Source: Gracilinanus agilis (Eukaryota). From it: a stretch of 64,000 bases of DNA. The notes beneath the pieces were generated by a model. It did no database searches, was not told where the DNA came from, and was given only the letters and a program-made list of their open reading frames with translations. The stretch's first letter is position 1; every line of letters begins with the position of its first letter. The stretch lies in contig NC_058131.1 in assembly GCF_016433145.1 (NCBI RefSeq), positions 48,228,258 to 48,292,257 on the forward strand, in the 5' to 3' direction. The position numbers and the translations under genes were made by a program. This document shows positions 11,601 to 23,600 of this stretch, in pieces.

Positions 11601-14600
11601 TCCAGCTCTTCAGACTCCAAGGCCAGCCCTTTGATTATCCTTCCCCAAATCCACAAGCCATTTTTGTCTCCAGTTGTGATAAAGGGTTTTATGACTGTCT
11701 TCTCTAACATGAGGTTGCATTCTGGAGATGATAGTTTAACAAAGGAGGCTAGAGATTTTTAAGAGAATTTGGAGTGAGCTGGCAAAATTGGAATTGGAGA
11801 TACTTGGGAGTAGTCTTCCATTAGAATAATAATAATATCAGTTACAGTTTATTTCATGCTCTAATGCTTTCAAAGCATTGTACACATATAGCTCATTTGT
11901 TCTTTAGTGTAACTCTGTGAGTGAGGGTGATGTTACCTCCAATTTAATATATGAGGAAGCTTGAAGAGGTGAGGTGGACTGGCCCCTAGTCTCATGGGTA
12001 GTCTGAAATGGGTAGGATTTGAATCTAGGTCTTCCTCACTCCAAGTCTGAGTTGCTATCTCTTATGCCATGCTACTCTAGAGACAGAACAGAAGAGATGA
12101 AGGTAGCTGAAGGGATACAGCAATCAAAGGTTAGAAACAGATTCTTTCCAGAAACTGAAGAAATGTCTTTAGGCAGAGTTCAAGGATGTCATTCTATCAG
12201 AGTGGACTTGACTAAGGGTTAGGAAGCCATGATAGTAGGTCAGTGATTGACAGGTGAGAGTCCCAGAGGAGGGAACAACATACATCAGAAGCAGTATTTA
12301 AACCCTCTTCTAAAAGCAAGGGTTGAGAGCAAGGTTCAGGGCATGGGAAATAACTAAGACTTTAACCTCCTTTCTCCAGGCAAAATAACTTTTTTCACCG
12401 CTTAGGTGGAAAGAGAAATTTTAGATAGACTGAGTTCACTTTTCCCATCCCTTCCTGATGCATTTAAACATTTTTCAGAAATAATAAATAGTTATCAAAG
12501 TACTTATAGGTAAAAGTACCTCATGTACCACATTATTTATACTGGTTGTTTGATCAGGTTAGCCACTAGATATGTCTGGAGGAAGAGCCAGGGTTCAGCA
12601 GTAGTACCTTTATCTCTTTCCCTCCCCATCTCTGCCCCTGAACTTGTTTTTATATCTTCTTGGTCCAGAAAGAGCTCTAATTCCTATAACTCTGCCACAG
12701 TAAATTATTGTGTATTTTCTCTCTGAGTATTCATTTTACCTTGTCATTCTCAGAATGTTCTGAGGCTGCTTTGCAGGGCTTTCTTTGCTCTCCTCCATTC
12801 CCTGGGGCAATAAGATTAGAGGTGGGATGAACCAGTACACAGGTTTTGACTTATCTCCAGGGAACTTTGTTTCTTCTGGCTGTGTGACCATATGGGGCCT
12901 CCTTCAAAGAAGTGAGAGACAGCTGCTGATGCCAAAACTGAGACATAACAAGGGGCACAAACCTTGAAAGAACTTTGTGATTCATGAGGAGGTAAACTTG
13001 AATCGCATTTAGCACCTTGGTGCCCACAGGAAATGGACACAGTGTATATATCAGCCCTACCCACCAAATGGTACCTTTTGAGTCATGGATTCTCATAGAA
13101 GAAATCAAAGAGGCCAAAAGGTCTAACCCATATTCCTCTACAATATAGCCAACCAGTGGTTATCCAGCCTCTTAAGAGATAGCCCTCTCTGTGGTCTGAG
13201 AGCTTTCTACTTGTTACAAGGTTTTTCTTTGCATTAAGTCTAAATTTGCTTCCTTGCACCTTTCATTCCATTGTTTCTAGCTGAGTCTAATTTTTATTCT
13301 ATGTGAATGATTTAAAGAGAATAATTTTAGTTTGAAACAGAGTAGAAGGAGGCTCAACTGAAAATGACATTGTTTGGTGAGATCTTGAAATTGTTTAGCT
13401 TTGGACATGAGTGGAAAGTAACAGCAGGCTAGCAAGGAAAGAGAATGACCTAAAAAATAGTTGAAGAGATTGGGGAAGGAGGAAGGACTCATAAAAGAGG
13501 CTGGAAGAGCCTTATGATTCTTAATCAAAGAATATGAAAATTATATAGATTTGAAACTAATTTACCTACTTTGGAGATATTTTGTACTGCAAGATTTCTT
13601 TATGGCTCATGTTGCTAGCTATATGTGCAGTCTTGTAGTAGATATTTTTGGGGAAAAGGGAAGACTAGATAAGAGTTGTGTTCTCCTTGCTCTCTTTGTT
13701 GTGACAAGGAACTGTCAGCTAAGCAAGATCATTGGAATCCAGGTAGGGATGTTCTGTTTAGAGATATCCTGTGGGCTTTGCTCTGGATTTTAATTCCTGT
13801 TAAAGCAATCTGGATTTAACTTTACTTGGAATATTCTGCACTGACTCCCTTCTGTTTTCCCCACTTCGTTTTGGAAAAAGTGTTATACATCTGGGTCTAG
13901 AATTTTTCATTATATTTACTTTGATTGTCATAGTGTTCTTGAATGATATTTGGCTGTTCCTTCTGAAGTTGTCCTTTCCCATGTAGAGGCTTTGAGTTTA
14001 TTGTGCCTTTAGAGGATATCACTTCTAGGCTCCTACCTATTGCAGGAATCCCCTCTATAGTATATAGATTCAAAGCAGTCTTTGAACTTTAGAGGAGTGT
14101 CTTGGTAACCTTAGGTCAGGGAGGCTTTTTAATGTCCTACAAAGCATCCTGATGACTTGTCAGAAGGACACCAAATGTTTCTACAAGCTGCTAATCACTT
14201 TGTCCACTTTGGGCTTTCTCTCTATAACTTCAGGACAGACTTCTCTTTGCTGAGAGAAAAGGTATTTGAAGACGAGTGTCTTTGTGTGTAGAAAATGTAT
14301 GTTCCTGGGGGTGAAGGACAAAAAAAGAAAATGTAAATATTTCTGGGAAAATGCCAGATGAGAAGCAGTGGCTTTCTCTTGAGAAATTTCCTTGTGGAAT
14401 TCTGGTTGGGAGTGTTAACAGTGAAGTTCATTTTACATATTTTTGAAATGAGAATTTTTTTGAGACAAACTCCCCCCCCCCCCAAATCTAGAGCCCTTTC
14501 TTTTTCTTTCCTTTAAAAAGAAAAACCCTTACCTTCTTAGTATCAATTCTAAGACAGAAGTGCAAGGGCCAGGCAAAGGAGATTAAGTGACCTAGCCAGG

Positions 14601-17600
14601 GTTACACAACTAGAAAGTGTTTGAGACCAAATTCGAGTGTTTATTTCCCATTTCCATTCTTTTCCTAACCTAAATGTAGAGTCATAGCCATATTTTTCCT
14701 TGGAGTGACTTTTTAGATCACCTATTTGGTAACAAGTGACATGTTTATCTTTTTTCAGTGTATTTTTAGATATTCTTTTAAGTATATGGTGGTGTTATTC
14801 TAAGAGGTGACAAATCTTTTAAATGACAGACCATTTTATAGTACAATCATAAGATAATCAACAGCCCCCTGAATGGAACTTGAATGCAGCCATTTAGTTA
14901 TTTCCAGGGTTGCTGGATACTGTTTCCTCTCAGCAAGTAGTCCCAGACATCTTAAACTAGTGACTTGCTAGGTTAGCCAGCTGAAGCTTTTAACAGAATA
15001 TCTAATTATAGACCATTTCAGATACATTGAATGAAGCGGAGGAGGAGGTTCTATGTTTGAGGAAAATTGCAACTTCCTTTCTCTGCCTTTCTTTCAAAGC
15101 TTATTCTTCTCTAAATGAAAATGAGTTCAGAACTGAACATGCATGCCTAAATTAATATTGTAACAAAGTCATGGGATCATTAGAAGAATTGAAAAAGCAA
15201 CTTTCTTAGACTAGATCATAAATCTAGTAATGGTATTGCTCTGTCCTAAGTAACTATGCTTTCCATAAATACCTGTTCCAGGTATTTAAAAGGCAATAAT
15301 TTCCTCCTTAGTTTAGCATCACTTTTGTAGAGCATGATAGTGTGTGCATGAAGTAATCTTATTGCTTTTAGTAGTCTTGCTGTGTGGGCAGCAAGTGTTT
15401 GCATGTTGGAAGGACACTAACAAAAACTTTGGCTGGTGTCTTCTCAGTTGTAGATTTGTTACCAGTTTCCTTTTGCCCCATGTAGCTGGGCACAGAGCCT
15501 GGAGAGATGAATGGTCTCTCCAGGTCTGTATCTTCATAAGTGACCTTCCTAAAGCTTCTCCTCTTTGGGGAGTATACATAGAGTTAGCGTGTCAGAGAGG
15601 CGCTTAGTACGCTTGGTAATTGTAATAGTAAAATTAGGACTCTGGTCCTTAGATTTAATAAAGTTTCTTAGAATTACTTGGATAGGTGGGGGCAGCTGGG
15701 TGGCTCAGTGGATTGAGAACCAGGCCTAGAGACAGGAAGTCCTAGGTTCAAATCTGGCCTGAGACACTTCCCAGCTGTGTGACCCTGGGCAAGTCACTTG
15801 ACCCCCATTGCCTAGCCCTTACCCCTCTTCTGCCTTGGAACCAATACAGAGTATTGATTCCAAGATGGAAGGTAAGGTTTTAGAAAAAAAAAAAAAAAAA
15901 GGAAGGAAGGAAGATACAGAGAGACAGACAGAGACAGACTTGGATAGGTAAAAGAAGAGAGATAGAGAAAAAAGGCCTAGTCTAGCTCCCATATGGCTTC
16001 TACAGCAGCAGCCCAGCACACAAGTTCCTTGGCAGGACACCAGAAACAGAGAGCCCTTAGTTCCTTGTGTCCAACCTTTTAACCTCCCTCTCACTTCCGG
16101 ATCAAACACAGTCACATACCTTAGTACGTAGGTAATATACTGTAGGTAATATGTAGGTGATGCAAACTCACACAGACTCATGCAAACTCGTGCCAGTTGC
16201 GTTATCCAGAAAGGGGAGGAGGGTAGAACTTCTCTCAAACAGTAATGAATGAACTTTTCCTACTGTTCTTTGACTTCTCTTGGAATCCTAGGCTCATGAA
16301 AATATTCCATATTAATTTTAGGTTAGTGTGTCACATTTTATATGGCTCTATTTCTTTCCTTTACTTTATTAGATATTTCTAAATGTTTTTAATTTTCATT
16401 TTTTCTCCCTAATATTTTGCTTTATATGTTTTTGGTATTTTTTTAAGAACTCAGACCCACAATACCCCTCATTATATAATATCTTCCTTTCTTCTAGTTC
16501 AAAATGAGTGACAAATACTCTTTTTTTAGTTTCATTGACAAAATCCATCTTTAATGTGCTTGGGACCAATTCTTTGAAGAAATACCTTTGGTTCTCTTAG
16601 AACCTCTTGATCCTCTTACTATGATACATATGGGGAATGACCATGTATCGGTAGGAAACTACATATCAAAAACCGAGGTTGATGTTTTGGGGCTAGTACA
16701 TTTATAAGGATTGGGTTAATCTTAAATTAAAATGGCTTCATATTTTTTTAAACTTTTATCTTCCGACTTAAAATTGACATAATTATTGGTTCCAAGGCAA
16801 AAGAAGCAATAAGGGCAAGGTAACTGGGGTTAAGTGACTTGCTTAGGGTCACTCAGCTAGGAAGTATCTGAGGCCAAATTTGAACTCCTAATCTCTAGGC
16901 TTTGTTCTGTCCACTGAGCCACCTAGCTGCCCCCAAATGGCCTTATATTAAGTAAAAATGAGCCTTACTTAAAGAGGTCTGTGGTCAGTAAACAACTTTT
17001 CAAAATGATAAACACCAGTCCTTACTTAACCAAATCACACTAAAGGGCAGTAAAACTTGTTTTTCAAGGGAACTGGGATAATTATTTCTTGATTTGGGGA
17101 GTTAGCTACCTTGAAATAACCTCCCTTGGTTGGGAGAAGGGTAGGTAATTCAAGTTGACCTTATTGATTATAAAGCCATGGATCAGCTTTCTCTTTCATC
17201 CTATTAAGAAAATTCATAGCAATTTGGAAAGATCCTAATCTTTGAAATTTTAGGATGAAAGGATATTTCCTTTGGGGGTGGATTAAACTGTTTGCTATAC
17301 TGTGGCAATAATCATTGACTTGAAGTCAGAGTTTCGTTTTATAAGAAATTCAATGTAACATTAAAAGGCTTTTGAGAGAGATTTAATTTCACTTGAATAA
17401 AGTGAGTTCACTTGATATGCTGATGAAATTAGTAAAGCAGTTCAAGAGTAAGGATCATTTTTTTTTCCTTTCTAGGCTGTCATCATTTGTATCAAAAACA
17501 AAGAATTTGAAAAGGCTTCAAAAATTTTGAAAAAACATATGTCCAAGGATCCTACAACACAGGTAAGTTCATCTGGTTTTATCATAACTTGAGTCCATCT

Positions 17601-20600
17601 TACAGTTTTTTGTGAGAAACAGATAAAAGACAATCCCTCTGCCCAGAAAGTTACTTTTTAATTTAAAATTTAAAAGACAATTCAGTAACTATTTAGTAAA
17701 TCCCTTTGACTTGCAATCAGTGTGGTGTAGTAACTAGAGAGCTAACCTTGAGACCAGGAAGATTTCAGTTCCAGTCTGGCCTCTGATGCATGCTGGCTGT
17801 GTGACCCTGGCAAGTCACCTGATTTTAGTTCTCTGGGCACCTCCCTCAATTTCATTTCAGGGAAGGTGCAGCCCTCCATTGGTTGAGAGATGTTTCCAGT
17901 GAGGTCCCCAGATCCATCCCCATTCTGGTGCTTATTCCCACTGTGTGTAAAGCATGGTGCCAGAGCAGGCAAGACACAATGCCATCCAAAAGCAATACTC
18001 TCGTGTGGGCTTACTTTGGACTGACTTTTCCATATAGTGGACTTGCATTGATCTCCTACTTTCCCAGCCTTTGTCTTTTTTTGTGACTAATGTGTACATA
18101 TGGGGAAAAGCTAGTAAGGGTTGACAGCTTGCTCTGTTTCTGATATTGTTCAGATGCTTAGGGAATGCCACAGACTTAGGGAAGCTTGGCTAAGGGAGGC
18201 CCATTCAGTCTTCTTTTACCAAAAATCCAGCTGAATCATGCTTTTTCTTTTTGTATTTAGGATTTTCCATTTGCCACATTGCCAATGTCATGTTATCCCT
18301 TTGAGTCTATAAATGGGATTTTTCACTAGATAATCATTTTCATGTTGCATATAATGGTCCTTTATTTAGAAACTGAGAAATGATCTGCTGGGCATTATTC
18401 GAGAAAGGAACATCATGCACCCAGTAATTCAGAACTTTTCCTATGAGATCTTCCAGCAGAAGATGCTGCGATTCCTAGAGAGCCATATGGATGATGCTGA
18501 GCCCTACCTCCTCACGGTATGTAAGTTCCCTTATATAGTGGATTTGGACATCAAGTTCTAAAGTGATCAGGTACTTCTTTTTTTTCTGTTGTGTCTGTTC
18601 TGATGGTTTCTGTGGGGTAATGATTCAAAGCTATAGCCACCTTCTTTAAGTATGTGTCCCCAGGTATGCTCGCTATAGTCTAGTTTTTCTCATTTTGTTG
18701 CATGGGATGCCCTTGTGCTTATTAAATCAGGGGAGATTTATCCCAGGTGACCAGGGTGCTGTGAAAGAGATGAAAGGGAGAGGCTTTGGAAGAAGGGAGA
18801 TAACTTGGTAGCTGTGATATGAGAATGTTGAAAAACATGTGAACCATGGACTTTTTAGAAAGTGCGCTGCCACAAGGGGTAGCTAAGTGGCTCAGTGGAT
18901 AGAGAGCCAGGCCTGGAGATGATAGGTTCTAGGTTCAAATGTGACCTCAGACACTTCCTAGCAATGTGACCCTGGGCAAGTCACTTAACTCCCATTGCCT
19001 AACTCTTACCATTCTTCTGCCATAGAACTGGTACTTATTGATTCTAAGACAAAAGGTAAGGAGTTGTTTTGTTTTTTTTGTTGTTGTTTTTTAAGTGTAC
19101 AGCTACAAGTAGGAAGCAGACACATCAAGGTTTACTTTTCCAGGAGTAAAGTAAACAGGTTAAATTAAAACATACAGAGAGAAGTAAAAGGGAAAGTGGG
19201 AGCATGGAAGACCTTGGATCCCAGTGTAAAACAGATGGCTGCACTGGATAAGCTGATTATTTTGAGTATGGATGAAAGTGGAAGCCTTGGGTTATAAGAT
19301 TTTTACTGGCCTTTTGAAATAATATCTTTTTAATCTTCCATTTGCTGTTTAGAAGGGCCCGGTGTGGTTGATTTGTAGATCACATGGCCAAGGTATTTTT
19401 TTAAATCTTTTTAACCAGTTTGTAAAGTTAATAGATCATTATTAGCATTAGCAAATTCCTATGACACCCCCTCCCTCCCCTTCTGCCACCTCCATTACTT
19501 CTGTTTCTCTTCTATGTATTCCAGATAGCTGGAACCAAAAAAAAAAAAAAGCAAACAAAAAAACAGGATTCAGTAGTCATTTTTACACTGTTGATGAAGT
19601 GTTGGTAGGATATTACCCATATAGGTAGGTCCCCTTTTCTTGTCAAGCGATACCCTTTACAGATAAATGGACTTGAAATTTTAATTCCAGGTTATTTTTT
19701 ACAAATGGAAAAGAATTAAAGCTAGATGGATTTAAGAGGAGGCCACAGGTTAGAGTTAGAACAAGGATAGCCAAAGTAAGGCCTTTATAGGTAATGCAAG
19801 TATAAAGATAAAAAAAATGAGAGTAAAGCTAGAAATACCCTCTGTGTGTCCACACATATACACAATAGTGCCCCCTCTCTCAATCCAACACATCCCAGGT
19901 TTCATCTACAAATGAATCAATGGATGAATGATTTAAATCTTTGTCAGCTCCATTCAAACCCTCCCCAGGAAACATTGTGGCCCTTTGACACTTGTGAATT
20001 CTGACTCCTATCTTGGGTTAGGTTGACTCCCCCTGAGTTAGAGACTCTTCATTAGGGACATGGTTGGAAATATGGAGAGGAGAGGCAGATCCAACAGACG
20101 TGGAGGAAGAGCCTGTAGGATCTGGCAGCCAAGAGTGAAGAGCATTTGAAATAGAAGCGAAGTGGCAAGGTAATTACATCATGAAACAGCACCCCCTGTA
20201 GTGTAGAGCAGATGGCTCCACACAGCTTTACATTGTAAGCGCTTTTTGTTTATTGTTATTGCTTTGTTTTGTGGAGGGAAGACACACCTACCTTTGGGGG
20301 ACAGCTTGGAAGAACGCTTCCAGTGAACTCTTTCCATAATGAGTGTTGATTGTTAGGAAACAGAGAATGAAGGAGACCCATAGAGTCCTTTCTGATTCAA
20401 TTCTCTTCCTTTCCAAGATGGCAAAGAGGGCTTTGAAATCTGAGTCAGCCTCAACGTCTTCGTCCTCGTCTTCATCATCCTCTGCCACCACTTCAGCCAA
20501 CACATCTGTTGCCACTTCCGACATGGCTCCACCTCCCTCTGCCAGTGCCACAGTTCATGCTGCTACTGTTGCTGCTGTGGGTGAAGGGCCTGGGAATATG

Positions 20601-23600
20601 AAGGAAAACAGACAGGAGCCCATAGACAAACCACTTCAAGAGCCTATGAGGTGGGGAACACTTCCCTTGGAATGAAATGGTAGTCATTGGAAGTAACAAG
20701 CTTTTTAACTAGCAAGTGATTACTCCTTCTTGAATAGCTTAATTAACAAATTAATTATGGGAAGGGATCTCTTCTGTTCTAAATAAGTTTTGGTGAGGCC
20801 TCACAGATGAAGTGATTTCCTCAAAGTTACATAACTAATTTAGTTGGAGAGAGGAGTCTTGAAGCCCAGACCTCTAGTCCCTTGTCCCTGCTTTTTCTGC
20901 CCTCTATGCTAATTCTCAGATGTTCAGAAAGGACAAAAATAAAGAGTTCATAAACTTCCTGATAGATCAGTTGAACAGCCTTGAGCTAATGTCACTCTGG
21001 GTTAACATGTTGAAGTGATATTCAGTGTTTTTAACATAAATTTTATTCAAGTTAAACTAGAATGCAAGGTTGAGTCATTTTTCTTGTGGTCTCCCCTACA
21101 TAGGGGAAGGAATAGGAGGGAGAATTCTGGAAAGAAGACCACATTCTCTTGATTTTTTTACCTTCCTTCTTAACTTCTCTATCAGTTTAAAAGAACACTT
21201 CTGTTCTATGATTAGGTATGGTGGTTTGTAAAATCATTTTTGAAAATGCTTAGACCTCAACTGAATGACTTTTCTCTATTTGGGGCATTATAGCTTGGGG
21301 AGGATATAGGTATCTGGGTTGGGAAAGCAGCAGGAATAATGCCACTAACCTTTGACTGTCAAGGTATTTTTTGTTTTGTTTTTAGACCATTACCTGAAAG
21401 TCCTGCCACATTTGGGATTTCAACTTTGAAAAAAGCTTTTAAGAGCCTTTCTGATTCACAAGATCCTGATGCAGCTTTCACTAAATTGGACCAGAAGGAT
21501 GTTATACTTCCCAGACCAGTGTCCCCGTCAGCAGCTCTCAAAAACAAGAGACAGAGACAAGAGGAGAGTTCTCCCTCAGATTCTGCAGATAACTCTGAAC
21601 TGCAGCCCAAGAATAAGCGTATGACAATAAGCAGATTGGTTTTGGAGCATGACAGCCAGGTCAGCGAGCAGAGTGACAGTCCGGACTCCTCCCAAGAGAC
21701 CATTGTGTCTTCAGCCTCCAACTCTACAGTCCTGAAGCTTCACAATCAGCCCCTTTCTGGGGAGAAGAGTCACAAGTACGAAGATGGTCTTTGTTGTGGT
21801 TGGTTGGTTGGTTGGTTAGCCTAGTGTTGTTATTGCTTTAATAGTTGAAGCAGCTCAACTAACTTATGTCGTGAAAAAGCTTGGTGTTGGGATACTCCTA
21901 GAGCAGTGATGGCGAGCCTTTTAGAGACTGTGTACCGTGCCACCACTCCCCATCCCCGTCCTCGTCTCACACACACACACACACACCCTTACCCTACACA
22001 GGGGAGGGAGAAAGGCCACTTTACCCCCTGTGCATTCCCATTGGGCTGCTGGGCAGAGGGGCAGATGATGTTAAAAAATGTGGTCAGGTGGAGAGGGGAA
22101 AGGGAACAGCTCCACCCGAGTCCTTTCTAGTAACTGGTGGGGGGGGTTGTGGAGGTGGGAGGCCTGTGCCCACAGAAAGTGATCTGTATGCTGTCTTTGG
22201 CACCTGTGCCATAGGTTTTTGTCCTAGGGCAAAACTCAAAAATGGGGACTCTCACTTACACTGGGAGCTCAGGAGGCATCCTAAGACAGGCATGAGAATG
22301 GAAGTGTTCCCCAACTGATTTCTCTTTGGTTTCATTTTAGTGAGTCAGCTGGAGCCATTCATTTTGGACTATTTAATTTTAAAGCAGTTTTTTTTAAGGG
22401 ATTGTTGCATTTCATTTTTTTCCCCCAAAAGAGAACTCTTGTAGTTCTTATTCATTGCATATGTTTGAGACTCTTAATCTTTCAACAAATATCGAGTACA
22501 AAGTAGTGCTTTACCTGTCTAACCTGGCATCTAATGATTTTTACAATTTATACCCAGATGCCCTTCTAGCTTGGGTACCTTCTGCTGCTCTGTACTCACC
22601 CTTTCTTGTTAAACTGAACTTGGTCATCCTTTCGGGAACATCTCAGTCCTTTTAGGTGTCTCTGCTTTTGCTCATTGTCTTCCCCATGACTGGAGTAGCC
22701 ACCCCATCTTTGGATTCCAAAACTATGCACACGGGCAAAAAAAAAAAAAATTGTCCATCCTTCAAATCTTACCTTTTCTGTGAAAACTTTCTTAAAAATA
22801 GCTCTCATTTAAAGTGAATTCCCCTTCTGAACTTTATTTATTGAATACCATTTTCCCTCTGAATTTGGTTTATATAAAACCTTAATGTCATAAAAATTGG
22901 TGTTATTGGTGAATTTTTCCTTTCAGGGAGATCTCATTTATAGGGTTTAGTATGTATGTATGTAGTTGGGGGCTGACTGGAGATATTGGAGTTTATGGGC
23001 TATTTACTCAATTAGACCGTGAACTCCTTTGTGTCACAATTCTTGTAAGATGTCTTATGGGTTTTGGTGCCCTTTACAGTAGTGGTGTCAAACTCAAATA
23101 GATACAAATCCCTATCCCTACATGATTATTTAGAAAACCACTAATTCACAATAACTGTATTGCATTACATTTTATTTATTTTGCTAAACATTTCCCAATT
23201 TTTAGATGGGTTCAGGTCCCATTTGGGAATGTTGGGAGTTGTATCATGAGTCTCACTCCTCTGCTATATTGCAAAGATATGCCTATATTAGCTCCTCAGA
23301 ATGTACTTGTTAAATGAATATAAAAAAGTGTAATACAATTCCTATCTTCAAGTTCATTGTCTACTTAGAGACTACCAGACATAGATGAGAAGCGAATGAT
23401 AATACAAGAGTGAAATAAAGACATAAGAAAAACCCAGAAGCAGTCTCAGAGCAATGTACACATGCCAGATGACTGACAGGCCTAGCCAATATGTTAATAA
23501 GATGGAGCATTAACTGGAGGTAAGATTGGTCAGGGAAGACTCCATGAGAAAAATAGGTTTTCACAGAGTTGAAAGAGGCCTCAGCAGCCACCTACTCTAT

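Noticed and set aside
15688-15780. tRNA-like A/B boxes at SINE heads
   Set aside because: These are tRNA-derived SINE 5' ends, not tRNA genes (no cloverleaf; they continue into CORE and tail sequence).
20288-20551. Minus-strand acidic ORF ([15 protein letters not shown])
   Set aside because: Mirror image of the TCN/GCN codons of TERF2 exon 6; no independent evidence.
22340-22349. ARE/AP-1 motif GTGAGTCAGC in TERF2 intron 7
   Set aside because: A single 10-mer is expected by chance in 64 kb; no supporting cluster.
23080-23263. Older Charlie-like DNA transposon remnants (also about 43440-43630 and 45574-45695)
   Set aside because: TIR-like ends are visible but eroded and no TSD is recoverable, so not called as features without a library search.
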